64,000 nt of DNA from a virus. The DNA lies in the IMG/VR virus record IMGVR_UViG_3300036817_000261, positions 1 to 64,000 of that record; one strand, given 5' to 3'. The number at the start of each line of letters is the position of its first letter. Position 1 is the stretch's first letter. Of this stretch, positions 9,916 to 19,306 are shown in pieces. Under the pieces are notes generated by a model that worked only from the letters and a program-made list of their open reading frames with translations, did not search any database and had not been told where the DNA came from. The translations under genes and the position numbers were made by a program.

Positions 9916-10404
9916 ATGCAACGATTCGGTGACGAAGAAAAGCATGCTTTTTCTGAGGAGGACCTCCACGAGCGAGTGCGGGATGCCTACGGGCCCCAGT
10001 TCGCGGTCTTAGACGAAAGCGGCAACCCGGTTGAGGTGCAAACCCTGGAATGGGCGCGCTGGTTCGAACACAACGGCGGTCAGCGGATCATTCTCCGAGA
10101 CGAGGTCGAGAAGCACACGGTTTCGACGGTCTTCATCGGCATCAATATGAATTATGCGCCGGGCGCTGGAGCTATCTGGTTTGAGACCATGGTGTTTGCT
10201 CCCCGGCACATGACAATGATTTTTGGCCGCGAACGAATGGCCTGGGGCCCAGAGCTGTGGAGCAACAGGGCCAGGACCAAGGAAGAGGCGGAAGCCGCTC
10301 ACCGGCAGGGCCTACGCTTTTTAGAAGACCATCTAGCTAACTGTGGTTGTGGTTCGGAAGCTGGATCTCCTCCGGCGGATCCACCACCATCGAGACTGCC
10401 TTAG
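9916..10404 (+). CDS. Conserved phage hypothetical protein
   Basis: WARWFE..VSTVFIG..FETMVF motif. Confidence 0.7.
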   Translation: MQRFGDEEKHAFSEEDLHERVRDAYGPQFAVLDESGNPVEVQTLEWARWFEHNGGQRIILRDEVEKHTVSTVFIGINMNYAPGAGAIWFETMVFAPRHMTMIFGRERMAWGPELWSNRARTKEEAEAAHRQGLRFLEDHLANCGCGSEAGSPPADPPPSRLP

Positions 10405-10615
10405 CTTCTGCGAGGAGCTCCGCGTCATCGCTCCCGCGCTTATCGACCTCATGCAAGAGCCGGGTGATTAGCATCGCCCGCTTGTCCAGGCAGGCTACAA
10501 GGTCCGCAATGCTCTTGCGCAGATCTTTTTCCCGGCCCAGGGAGCGTGATAGCAGCCAGACCATGGTGGCAAAGCAGACGCAGTTTAAAAGCAGTAACGC
10601 ATCGATGGCGATCAT
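10337..10615 (-). CDS. Small membrane-anchored protein
   Basis: N-terminal hydrophobic helix plus coiled coil; ATGA-coupled to VRR-NUC gene. Confidence 0.55.
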   Translation of the reverse strand: MIAIDALLLLNCVCFATMVWLLSRSLGREKDLRKSIADLVACLDKRAMLITRLLHEVDKRGSDDAELLAEAKAVSMVVDPPEEIQLPNHNHS

Positions 10616-11064
10616 AGGAGGTTATAGAGATCGTTTTCACGGGCGGCTTGTTGGACTAAAAGGATCGCTTCTCCCGCTGAATATACTATGTGCCATTCGA
10701 TCCTTTGAGCTTCGCAGCAGATTCGGAATTCTTCCTGATCCGGTGAGAGCTCGCAACTGTAATCCCTTTTAAATTCGATCCACATGGAGTGCCCGTTGAT
10801 ACCGACAAAGAAGTCCGGCGTGCCCGGTGTAGCCTTACTAGCCGTGTGGGTGGCATGCCAGCAAATGGGAATCTTCCAGCCTTCACTTTTTTTAAGCAGG
10901 AGCCAGTTGGCGAATTGGGCCTGCTCTTTGCGCTCAGCGGTTGAACGCTTAGCCGATGGATGGACCTCGAGCTTGGGGTCCGGTGCGGTGGAAAAGCGCT
11001 CCCGGTCTTTTGGATCATTCATCAAGGCGACGATGTGTGAAGGAACTATCCGGTCCCAGCCCAT
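10612..11064 (-). CDS. VRR-NUC domain nuclease
   Basis: PGTPDF..WIEFKR..LSPDQEEF PD-(D/E)XK signature; start codon uncertain. Confidence 0.85.
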   Translation of the reverse strand: MGWDRIVPSHIVALMNDPKDRERFSTAPDPKLEVHPSAKRSTAERKEQAQFANWLLLKKSEGWKIPICWHATHTASKATPGTPDFFVGINGHSMWIEFKRDYSCELSPDQEEFRICCEAQRIEWHIVYSAGEAILLVQQAARENDLYNLL

Positions 11065-11413
11065 CCGAGAGTTTGCGCTTACCCAGGTCAATCTTCAAGA
11101 TCTGCGCGGCGGCTAGGCAAAGGTGGCGGAAGGTCTCGTCCAGCTCTTCCTGGGTGGGGTTCTCTTCGGGCCTGGGTAAGGGAAAGGCATCGGCCTCGGG
11201 CCGATAGATCCGGGGGACACTGGAGAACATGACGCCTCCGCCCATCATGGGCTGGATCTCTTCCAGGGGCCCCGGCCACATCTTAATGTGCCAGTGAGGA
11301 GAGGGAAAGAACTCGACGTTAAGCGGAGCGCCTAGGAACTTAACGCAGTAGTGATGCAGACTACCTGTCCAGGCCGAATACGTGTCGTAGAGGCGCTGTT
11401 CAGCATCGGTCAT
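11015..11413 (-). CDS. Hypothetical protein
   Basis: 132-aa ORF in operon, ATGA overlap with upstream gene. Confidence 0.55.
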   Translation of the reverse strand: MTDAEQRLYDTYSAWTGSLHHYCVKFLGAPLNVEFFPSPHWHIKMWPGPLEEIQPMMGGGVMFSSVPRIYRPEADAFPLPRPEENPTQEELDETFRHLCLAAAQILKIDLGKRKLSDGLGPDSSFTHRRLDE

Positions 11414-11820
11414 GGATCAACCCAGCCGTAGGGCCCGGCATAGAACCACATCATGCCTTTGCCGTCGACCCTAGTCTTAATCGTTTGGCCGAGGCTCCAG
11501 GGCTGCGGCGGAAGAAGTTCCTTAGGCGGCTCTGGATAGGAGACCTTCATGTAGATCAAGGTCAGGTTCGCGGCAAGGAACCAGACGGCAAAACTAAAGA
11601 GCACAAAGAGGTGCGCTTGGTTTATTTTCCTGGGGACAAAAGCATGCTTTTTTTGCCGGTCGGCAGTGGCAGCTTGCCTTTGCCTCTCCCAGCTACCGAC
11701 CGGGCTACTAACTTCCCCCGCTACCGGGAAACGAACTTCTTCGCCCGTTTTCCGGCGCGGGACTAAATAACCGGGACTGACGCTTACTGCAAGCGTCTGT
11801 CGTTCTTGCGTATTTTCCAT
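11410..11820 (-). CDS. Hypothetical membrane protein
   Basis: One TM segment (LFVLFSFAVWFLAANLTLIY). Confidence 0.55.
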   Translation of the reverse strand: MENTQERQTLAVSVSPGYLVPRRKTGEEVRFPVAGEVSSPVGSWERQRQAATADRQKKHAFVPRKINQAHLFVLFSFAVWFLAANLTLIYMKVSYPEPPKELLPPQPWSLGQTIKTRVDGKGMMWFYAGPYGWVDP

Positions 11821-13367
11821 ATGTCTGGGTTTACACCTTCACTTTCGGCAACAGGAGCCAAGTCGCGAATTTCAGCCCGGCCTTGATACCGGCGGCGACC
11901 AATGCAGAGTTTGATTTCTTCCGCGAGGCCCGCACTCGTAACGTTTTGCGTATCGATGCCCATTCGGCGGAGGACTTGGAGCGTGAAATTGGAGGGAGGA
12001 CGGCACTCGCCTTTGAAGACCGGTTCGTAAGTGAGGAGGCGGTGTTCGCCGGTTTGCGCTGCGAGATATTGATAATCCAGTCTGCCTTCGCGAAACCGGG
12101 CGGCGTTTGCAAGACGCCGCGCGATGGCCTCCTCTCTTTCCCGCTGGATAGCGGCTTTGATGGCGGCCAGAGAGTAGTCCTTGTTCTTCTTAGCCCGGCG
12201 CTCGATCTCTTCAGCTTCTTCTTGGTTCTCAGCGATTAAAAATGAAGGGGTGACTAAGTCGTGGTCATTGGAAAGCCACAGAGGATCGATTATGAGAGCG
12301 TCGGGTTTAGCACTGGCACGGATAGCTTCCAGACGGCCTGCGGTGCTTTCCTGGGCGTCTACAAGGCCCGGCAACGGCCTCGTAGACCTGCCCACGACTT
12401 GCTGATACAGGACTTTGGAGCGGGTCGGACGCAGACACAAAGTCGCGTCGCAGACTGGAAAATCGATGCCGGTGTGCAACAAATTCGAATTACTTAAGAG
12501 CGCAATCCGACCATCCTTAAAAGCCTGCAACTTCTGGGCTCGGTTAGGATCCTCGCCATCAACGTGGACGGCATTGATTCCGGCCTCAACGCAGGCCGCG
12601 ACAAACTTCTGCGAGCTGGCCACAAGCGGCAGGAAGGCCAGGATGTGACGCCGGGAATGTTCGCGGGCCAGCTCCTCCGCGATTTCTTTGAAATAAGGCA
12701 GGATCGCGTCCGCTGCGTCTTGGAGGTCGTAGTCTTTGCCTTCGACGCTCTGTTTGATGCGGACCTGGGCCAAACTGATCGCCGACTGCAGCTTAAAGAC
12801 GTGATCCGGGTTCACCAGCCAGCCTTCGTCCACCAGTTCGAACAAATTCTTTCTATAGGCTTCGGCCTCGAACACGTCGCGCAGGACCTTGGCATCGCTT
12901 CGGAACGGAGTGGCCGTGATGCCGCAAATAGAGGCGCTCTCAAAATAATTAAAGATGCGCTGCCAGCTATCCGCCATGGCCATGTGGGCCTCATCGGCGA
13001 AGATGTAGCTGAAGTGGTCGCGCGGGAAAGCTTCCAGCCGCTTGGTGCGGGACAGGGTCTGGACAGAGCCGATCACAACCGGCGCTTGGAGGGAGGCGTG
13101 AGATTCGGCTTTCTCGAGCTCTGGAACGAAACCCAACTGCTCAGTGAACGCATCAAAGGGCTGCGTGCATAGCTCGTTACGGTTGGCCAAAAATAAGACC
13201 CGGTTACGGTCCTTGCGCTCAAGAAGCGCCTTAGTGGTTCCGGCGGCGACTAAGGTTTTCCCGGCCCCGGTTGGCATGACAGCCAGACAAGTCCGGCTCT
13301 TTTGCCACTGGGCGAGGATCGCCTTAATCGCCTCGGTTTGATAAGGGCGAAAGGTCTTGGCTTGCAT
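11784..13367 (-). CDS. Superfamily 2 (DEAH-box) DNA helicase
   Basis: TGAGKT, DEAH, TATPFRSD, TGIDFP, QQVVGRSTR motifs. Confidence 0.93.
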   Translation of the reverse strand: MQAKTFRPYQTEAIKAILAQWQKSRTCLAVMPTGAGKTLVAAGTTKALLERKDRNRVLFLANRNELCTQPFDAFTEQLGFVPELEKAESHASLQAPVVIGSVQTLSRTKRLEAFPRDHFSYIFADEAHMAMADSWQRIFNYFESASICGITATPFRSDAKVLRDVFEAEAYRKNLFELVDEGWLVNPDHVFKLQSAISLAQVRIKQSVEGKDYDLQDAADAILPYFKEIAEELAREHSRRHILAFLPLVASSQKFVAACVEAGINAVHVDGEDPNRAQKLQAFKDGRIALLSNSNLLHTGIDFPVCDATLCLRPTRSKVLYQQVVGRSTRPLPGLVDAQESTAGRLEAIRASAKPDALIIDPLWLSNDHDLVTPSFLIAENQEEAEEIERRAKKNKDYSLAAIKAAIQREREEAIARRLANAARFREGRLDYQYLAAQTGEHRLLTYEPVFKGECRPPSNFTLQVLRRMGIDTQNVTSAGLAEEIKLCIGRRRYQGRAEIRDLAPVAESEGVNPDIWKIRKNDRRLQ

Positions 13368-13375
13368 CGAAAGAA

Positions 13376-13404
13376 AGCCTAAGGCTGTTCCGTTGATTTG
13401 TCAA
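13376..13404 (-). promoter_or_regulatory. Promoter with TTGA-N4-TCAA palindrome, upstream of helicase
   Basis: TTGACA-N17-TAGGCT, 8 nt from ATG. Confidence 0.65.
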
Positions 13405-13567
13405 GTGTATTACCATCCTTCTTCTTCCCCCATCTGACATTAGCCGCCTTACTTCCAGAGGTGGAGCGGCGCTTGGTGACTCCTCCCTTTTTGCCCATCA
13501 GCCGCGCCCCTATCTGGCGCAGCCACTGGTCATTTAAGATCTTTCCGCAATGATAACATCTAGCCAC
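13379..13567 (-). CDS. Small basic protein
   Basis: GTG start; CxxC followed by GKKGG..KAANVRW. Confidence 0.55.
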   Translation of the reverse strand: MARCYHCGKILNDQWLRQIGARLMGKKGGVTKRRSTSGSKAANVRWGKKKDGNTLDKSTEQP

Positions 13568-13868
13568 TCGAGTCGCCTCCCAGCTCGACCTCGATTCCTT
13601 GAGGAGGAGGGGTTGCCTTGGTGGATTCGGCCAGCTCGGATAGGTCGATGCGCCAGCCTCGGCGCTCGTGATCAGGGTTGCCAACTTCCAACCCGTTCTT
13701 TTTCCAGAACCGCAAAACGCCGTAACCGATAACTCGCACAAGCACCTGGGACTGCCGCCAGCCGATGATCTCGCCCTGCTCGGTCCTGAGGCTCGGCGGC
13801 TCGGGCACCTTGTCATACCAATAGGTGTCGATTATCAGGGCATGCCCGATCTCAAGTTTCTGCTTCAT
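13560..13868 (-). CDS. Hypothetical protein
   Basis: 102-aa ORF in operon; GIEVEL motif near C-terminus. Confidence 0.6.
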   Translation of the reverse strand: MKQKLEIGHALIIDTYWYDKVPEPPSLRTEQGEIIGWRQSQVLVRVIGYGVLRFWKKNGLEVGNPDHERRGWRIDLSELAESTKATPPPQGIEVELGGDSSG

Positions 13869-13871
13869 TCG

Positions 13872-13915
13872 TTAAGAATTCGGAAGCTGTTTCGGTTGTT
13901 TTTGAACCACTTATG
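13872..13915 (-). repeat. Dispersed ~44-bp element, copy 1
   Basis: CATAAGTGGTTCAAAAACAACCGAAACAGCTTCCGAATTCTTAA. Confidence 0.85.
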
Positions 13916-14786
13916 CAGCAATTTCGACCGTAATTCGGAGGTTCTCGATCTCCGCATAGGCTTTGCCACCCCGGCTCCGGGCGACATCTCCCAGCTCTCC
14001 CACCGTGGTTGAGAGATCAAATGCGGTTTCCTCGTACTGGACGGCTTTCTTGAGGGTCCAGCGTTTGATCACAATCCAGTAGGCGAGGTTTTTGACCATC
14101 TCGGTCTCGTTCTGGCTCCAGGCGATCAGATCCCGCTCACTCACCTTTGGGTTCTCGGCCCTAACGGCATCGGCGTACTCGTCGCCGCAAAGCCGCCGGA
14201 TCCGGTTCAAGGCTTTCTCCCCTTCCTCGCTCAAGACTGCCCCTCGGACCACGGCTCCGTTAGGCAACGTCGCATCCAGATCAATCTCAATCCCTTTAGG
14301 CAGAGGCTTAGGTTTGACGGCTCTGGTTTGATAGTCGCCGGTTTTAGTCCGGTGTTGTTCGACGGCGTCCCTGACCATGTCGTAACTGGCTACGGCCTGC
14401 TGTTTATCGCAAAAGTCTAGGATCTGCTGCCAGAGCCCAAGCATGCTCTCCGGCTTTTTGATTTTGATCAGCTCTACGACCTGACTCTGGGTGTAGGGCA
14501 ACTGGAGTTTTTGCTCTTTAATCAGCTCCAACGCGGGACTGGCGCGCATACAAAAGCGCGCCAGCCTATAGTCATATTTCAGACAGTGTTCGACGTATTC
14601 CTGAAAGTCATTTTTGCCCATCACCTCGAAGAGTTCGCCCTCTTCGATTTTGATCAGTTCCCTGCCAATGATTCGGATCGATTCGACCGTGTCCTTACTA
14701 GCTTTCGCTATCTTGAGTTCGCATTCGGCTAGCGCATCATGCCGTGTTTTAGTGGCATCTTTCTCTGCAAGAATAGTGTTACTCAT
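13911..14786 (-). CDS. Phage protein with DUF3102-like N-terminus
   Basis: IGRELIKI..F.EYVE pattern; 291 aa. Confidence 0.55.
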   Translation of the reverse strand: MSNTILAEKDATKTRHDALAECELKIAKASKDTVESIRIIGRELIKIEEGELFEVMGKNDFQEYVEHCLKYDYRLARFCMRASPALELIKEQKLQLPYTQSQVVELIKIKKPESMLGLWQQILDFCDKQQAVASYDMVRDAVEQHRTKTGDYQTRAVKPKPLPKGIEIDLDATLPNGAVVRGAVLSEEGEKALNRIRRLCGDEYADAVRAENPKVSERDLIAWSQNETEMVKNLAYWIVIKRWTLKKAVQYEETAFDLSTTVGELGDVARSRGGKAYAEIENLRITVEIAA

Positions 14787-14801
14787 CCTGAAAGGATGAG
14801 T

Positions 14802-15935
14802 TTACACAGTCACCCAAGGTTTTGCAGTTTTATCGTAAGCGATTCTTTCTTCGATCGCTTTCAGGTCATCAAGCTGCTCTTTGGTAGCCTTGGCGATTTG
14901 TGCGTGTGCTGCCGGGACCCATTTGGACTCAACGAGTTGCATCTCAGCGGCGGTCAAGCTGCCGACCGTGCGACCTGCAAAGCTCTTGATGCCCTTGATC
15001 CCGTGGTCGACCCACCAGGGCTTCTCGGTTTCCTGCGGCGCTTGTTGCTGATCGGTTGGCGGGCTCATGTCAATGATGTCCTCCGGCAGGCCGGAGGGTG
15101 AAGCCGATGCAGCGCCCGTCGACTGAGAGGAACCCTCTTGGATAAAAGGGGTGACTTTTGGGTCCTGTCTCTGGGCCTCCTGATTACGCATCTGCGTCTC
15201 TTGGGGGAATTCTCTCTTGAGCTGGGATTCGAGCGGGGTCTGGGCCGCGCCTTGAGCTTGTGCGGCCTGCGAGTTGTTCCGGGCGGCGGCTTGGGCTTCT
15301 TCGCGGCTCTGCGCTTCCGCGTCAGCATCCACGAACTTGAGTGGCGGCAGTTGCTGCTCGATCGGGGCGTGCTGGGACGCGGCCAAATCTTCCAGTTCCT
15401 CAGTCGTGTAGAGACCCTTAAGGATGTCGGAGAATTCATCCCGCAGGCCGAAGCCCAGAGCCCGGTAATAGGTCATGCGTTTGGAGTACTGGGGCCAGAC
15501 CGGGTTACGGCTCCAGATCCCGGCCTGCTTCGCCTCTCTTACGCTGAAGGTGTAGTCATGCGGCTCGCCGCCCTGGCGCTGTAAGGTGACGGTACAGGTC
15601 AGGTCATCACCCTGGCCTTCCCAGACTTTCTTGTAGTCGGCGAGCTCCCCTTTCTGCCGGACCATCGCCAGGGCCAGATCGCCCATAATGCCGATCCGGT
15701 TATTAATGACCGTTAAACCGTCAATCGCCTGAAGCGGGCGCAGGCCCAGCTCAGCGCCTCTCGCCCAACAGATAATAAGTTGCTGGGGGGTCGTAAAGGC
15801 TTTGGGGGCAAAGCCCGATTGTAGATAGCACTGGGCGGCGCGGAACATGCCGTCAAGGTCCTCGAATTCAAAACCGCTACTCGGGTTGAATTTAACCGTT
15901 GCTCTGGATTCTTGTTCTTCGGTTTGGCTGCTCAT
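14802..15935 (-). CDS. RecT/Red-beta-like single-strand annealing protein
   Basis: GAELGLRPLQA..AKQAG..W.QY.KRM..RA.GF.LRD.F.DIL.GLY..EE signature. Confidence 0.85.
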   Translation of the reverse strand: MSSQTEEQESRATVKFNPSSGFEFEDLDGMFRAAQCYLQSGFAPKAFTTPQQLIICWARGAELGLRPLQAIDGLTVINNRIGIMGDLALAMVRQKGELADYKKVWEGQGDDLTCTVTLQRQGGEPHDYTFSVREAKQAGIWSRNPVWPQYSKRMTYYRALGFGLRDEFSDILKGLYTTEELEDLAASQHAPIEQQLPPLKFVDADAEAQSREEAQAAARNNSQAAQAQGAAQTPLESQLKREFPQETQMRNQEAQRQDPKVTPFIQEGSSQSTGAASASPSGLPEDIIDMSPPTDQQQAPQETEKPWWVDHGIKGIKSFAGRTVGSLTAAEMQLVESKWVPAAHAQIAKATKEQLDDLKAIEERIAYDKTAKPWVTV

Positions 15936-16687
15936 GAGATTCTGGACGCTGCTTTGATTGTTACACTTATGTCTTGTGTTACTTCAATGCCGGGAAGGGC
16001 CGGAGCATGGTCCGGCGCGATCTCCAGCTGGGCTCTAACAGCGTCCTGGCAAGCGAGAATGTCTACTTCAATTTTTAGCAAGCGTATGCACCCGGCTTTT
16101 ACCGTGGCCTCGGCGTTGATCAGCTTGAACTTAAAGGGGTGAGTCACGCGGCCCCCAGGCACCAATCCTTTCTCGGGCTCGATATTCATGGCGGCGACTT
16201 CCAGCTCAAGTCCGCGCTCTAACTCCGCCAGCTGCGCTGCTTGCGTCTGGCCGTCAGCCTGGAGCCGGTTCACTCTTTCCTCGTGCGCCTTTTCCTCGAG
16301 AGCTTTCTTGGCCCGGTCCAGCCGTTGTTCGTCTCGCTTTTTTGCCTCGAGCTGTTTCACGTAGCCTTTGAGAAGCTGGGCCAGCCGGTTCTCTTCAGCT
16401 TCCACTTTGCCGATCAGCTCTTTAGCGAGATCCTCAATTGAGGTCAGGACCGCTTCGAAGGGCCTTTTCGCGCCACGCTTCGCGTCATAGATCTCGCCAT
16501 GGGCGGCTTTGAGTTCTCCGGCAGCGCGCCGGGCGGCGGTGAAAGAGTCATCGTCTTTGACCTCGGTGATCTCTTTATTGATTCGCTCGGTCAGATCCAG
16601 AACACGTTTCCGGTCACTGGAGCGGATTTTGACAGAGACATCGCTGACGGTGAGAGGGTTCTCTCCGTAGTAGGGCGCTAGTTCCAT
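15932..16687 (-). CDS. Coiled-coil protein of recombination module
   Basis: 251 aa, helical; ATGA-coupled to annealase. Confidence 0.7.
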   Translation of the reverse strand: MELAPYYGENPLTVSDVSVKIRSSDRKRVLDLTERINKEITEVKDDDSFTAARRAAGELKAAHGEIYDAKRGAKRPFEAVLTSIEDLAKELIGKVEAEENRLAQLLKGYVKQLEAKKRDEQRLDRAKKALEEKAHEERVNRLQADGQTQAAQLAELERGLELEVAAMNIEPEKGLVPGGRVTHPFKFKLINAEATVKAGCIRLLKIEVDILACQDAVRAQLEIAPDHAPALPGIEVTQDISVTIKAASRIS

Positions 16688-17041
16688 TTAGTGAGTGGGA
16701 GTGGTTTGGGTCGCCTCGCTAGCAAACTGGGTCCAATAGGCGGTGACGGCATCCTCGAGGTTCTGAGCCTCTTGTAGGCGGATTGCCCTCATCATCGGAA
16801 AGTAGTCGGCGAGATTGGCTTTGGCGTGTTTCACGGCCCGGATCAGCATGAAGCGCATGCTTATCACGTCCCGGCGGCGGAAGTACTGGCCGTTTAAGAT
16901 CCGTCTCATGTTTCCGCGCTCGTTGCCACTTGAGACGGCGACAATGTTATCGTGCAGGGGAACGATGGCCTTAGCCAGCTCCTCTACCTCGGTCGAATTG
17001 TGACGGTAATGGACATGGGCATCCACTGTGCTCGTGATCAT
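16688..17041 (-). CDS. Hypothetical protein
   Basis: 117-aa ORF abutting next gene. Confidence 0.55.
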   Translation of the reverse strand: MITSTVDAHVHYRHNSTEVEELAKAIVPLHDNIVAVSSGNERGNMRRILNGQYFRRRDVISMRFMLIRAVKHAKANLADYFPMMRAIRLQEAQNLEDAVTAYWTQFASEATQTTPTH

Positions 17042-17172
17042 AACGTGCTTTCGTTCTGGCGACTAGAGGGAAGTCGCCTTGGGCTTATGCACAGGTTATA
17101 ACCTGCATCGCGCAATGCGCAACGCTTAAAAAGCAATGCTTTTATCGCTAAATTATAGTGGAAGCATGCTTT

Positions 17173-17472
17173 TTACTGGAGATAGCCCTGGCCCCTAGCC
17201 CACCTGGGATCCGCGTGAATCTTGCGGTGGCACCAGAAACAGACCGCGAGGCAATGCTCAAAGTCTAGGAGCCGTTTGCCGATCCGGCCCCGGACGTGGT
17301 GCGCCTCGGTCGAGACCGCGCTTTTACAGATCTGACAGGACAGGTGCGCCCTCAGGAAGTTCAGCCGCTCTTCAGAGTACTTGCGCAGCTGGGTCCGGCG
17401 CAGCTTAGAAGCCCGGCGAAGGCCCCTGGAAGCCCGCAGGGGCGTCTTTCGCCGCAGGGGCGAGCGCTTCAT
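17173..17472 (-). CDS. HNH-like endonuclease
   Basis: CQIC..HH..CFWCH..IH; KRSPLRRKTPL N-terminus. Confidence 0.75.
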   Translation of the reverse strand: MKRSPLRRKTPLRASRGLRRASKLRRTQLRKYSEERLNFLRAHLSCQICKSAVSTEAHHVRGRIGKRLLDFEHCLAVCFWCHRKIHADPRWARGQGYLQ

Positions 17473-17831
17473 ACCATGTAGACATACGGCACCGGCAGGG
17501 GCTCATTAAGAGGCCTCCAGAGATGGAGCGTGAAGGGATGGTCGTTGACGTAATCGGCCTTGGCCGGATGGAACTGGACAACCCAATCCTCATCGGCAAA
17601 AAAGGCTTCTTTCACCCGGCACATCACGTTCCAGCTGGGCATAATCTTTCTCTGGGCATTAGAGATTGAGAGGTGCTGCCAGCCCATGCCGTCGCCCAGC
17701 ATTATATGCCACATCTCCCCTTCCAGGGGTACGAGAAAAGCTCCGTTCCAACCGGCGGTTTCGTCAGAGCCGTACTGGCCCGTGCGAATGCGCCACCGGT
17801 TGGCCTTCAGCAGTTTCTCTAAACCCGTCAT
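17469..17831 (-). CDS. DUF7694-like phage protein
   Basis: WQHLSIS..PSW..MC.VK..F..QFHP...YVN.HP..LHLW. Confidence 0.75.
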   Translation of the reverse strand: MTGLEKLLKANRWRIRTGQYGSDETAGWNGAFLVPLEGEMWHIMLGDGMGWQHLSISNAQRKIMPSWNVMCRVKEAFFADEDWVVQFHPAKADYVNDHPFTLHLWRPLNEPLPVPYVYMV

Positions 17832-18217
17832 GCTAGCCCCAATGACTCGAGCAGTTTCTGGGTGTTCTCGCTAGGGGTGCGCTGCGCTTTCGGAACTCGC
17901 GGACGGCGCGCCTGTCTCAAATTCCCGCCAAAGATGACCGGCGTTTTCTTTCGCTTAGGCCCTAACACTCTTTCAAAGGGTGTCCCATCCCGCATAGCCA
18001 GATATTCTTCATGGGTCGGAATAGGAAAACGGTCCAGATGGAACTGGAGAAAGTGCCCAAAGAATTTCTGCTTTCCACCGGCCCCAGCTCGTAATTTTTC
18101 CACGGTGTCTTTGCGCAGTACGCAGGTCACTTGGACGTAGTTGTCCGGGTTCAACTTTTTTGGGCGGCCGCTGTTCGTGCGTTTGCCGCCATGCCTTGGT
18201 TTACCATTCGTTGACAT
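17828..18217 (-). CDS. Putative DNA-binding regulator
   Basis: HGGKR.NSGRPK basic motif followed by a strand-helix-helix (RHH-like) pattern. Confidence 0.55.
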   Translation of the reverse strand: MSTNGKPRHGGKRTNSGRPKKLNPDNYVQVTCVLRKDTVEKLRAGAGGKQKFFGHFLQFHLDRFPIPTHEEYLAMRDGTPFERVLGPKRKKTPVIFGGNLRQARRPRVPKAQRTPSENTQKLLESLGLA

Positions 18218-18400
18218 ATTCGTGAGTAAAAAACCCTTAAAACCCTCGGGTCAGTAATATTGCCTGATTTGCCCTTGCGCAGCAAATAACTAATACCGGA
18301 GATGCGCGGAGGGCCGCCGGTCCAGTGTGGAGTTCCACGGTTTTGACGATTTAGCATTGCTAGTTTATTTTGTGGTGTTTCTGGGTCAGTACAAAGCATA

Positions 18401-18431
18401 AGCGCCCCTGCCGTAAAAAAGTAGGGGCGCT
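18401..18431. terminator. Hairpin, possible terminator
   Basis: AGCGCCCCTGC..GTAGGGGCGCT, intergenic. Confidence 0.5.
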
Positions 18432-18514
18432 TGATTTTGGGCTCATCTGGCGCTAAGCCTGTCGGCGTTTACCGATGTGCATGGCGGGCCTCGGGTGAGG
18501 CCCGCCTCTCGGGC

Positions 18515-18727
18515 CTAGTCCAGGGCCGGGATATCCGCCCCGTGGTGAGTGTAGCCGCAATGCGGACAGGGCCAGTAGTAAATCGGCACGTTGTTCCGGT
18601 AGATCAGCTCCCGAATAACTACCTCGGCACAGTTGGGGCAGTTGCCGGTTTCTTCAGCGCGGGGGAAGGGAATCTCTCGGTCTTCCGGGTTGTCAAGGAA
18701 GGCGTTTAGGTCGTCTTGGAGGCTCAT
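18515..18727 (-). CDS. Small zinc-ribbon protein
   Basis: CPNC..CPHC. Confidence 0.6.
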   Translation of the reverse strand: MSLQDDLNAFLDNPEDREIPFPRAEETGNCPNCAEVVIRELIYRNNVPIYYWPCPHCGYTHHGADIPALD

Positions 18728-18839
18728 TTTTTCCTTTTTGGTTGATGCTGCGGGCCCCGCTTTGGTTTCACCGGCTTCTCGAAACGCTCACGCGTTTGAG
18801 TATGCCAAGTCTTTTTGGAGCCAAAGTTGCGCAGCTTCA

Positions 18840-19100
18840 TTAGTCAGCGATCCAGTTGAAGTAGAACCGGGGCATATGCACAAATTCGAGCGAGCCCTTT
18901 TGGCCGTCCGATTTGCGCTTGACGACAATGAAGGGAGCCCCAAAGCCGATGACCTCGAATTCCTCCGCCATCTCCTTTGTGGTCCATACTTTGCCGTACT
19001 GGGCCTCGAGTTCCGCGCGGCGCGCGTCTGCTTCTGGGTCCAGGCCTTGGTTTAGCTCGACGATGCGAGCCCGTCTGATGTTTTCTGTAGGATCTTCCAT
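18840..19100 (-). CDS. Conserved hypothetical protein
   Basis: GKVW.T.E..EEFEVIGF.APF.VV.RK.DG.KGSLEF.H.PRFYF motif. Confidence 0.75.
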   Translation of the reverse strand: MEDPTENIRRARIVELNQGLDPEADARRAELEAQYGKVWTTKEMAEEFEVIGFGAPFIVVKRKSDGQKGSLEFVHMPRFYFNWIAD

Positions 19101-19104
19101 AAAG

Positions 19105-19266
19105 TTAACGTTTATTGAGCTGACGTTCATTGAGCTGTTCCATCTCGTTGTCGATTTCGTCGAATGCATCGCCCAGCACTTTCCAGAGGCCAGGATATTC
19201 AGTTGGATCTATTTTCTCTTGAGCTGCGCCAACTAGTTGCAGGGCTTGATTTAAGTCGGTGTTCAT
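19105..19266 (-). CDS. Small hypothetical protein (53 aa, not in ORF track)
   Basis: MNTDLNQALQLV..; fills the gap in the operon. Confidence 0.5.
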   Translation of the reverse strand: MNTDLNQALQLVGAAQEKIDPTEYPGLWKVLGDAFDEIDNEMEQLNERQLNKR

Positions 19267-19306
19267 CTTGGTAGGTGGGGCGGCTCCTAGCGCCGCCCCT
19301 GGTTAG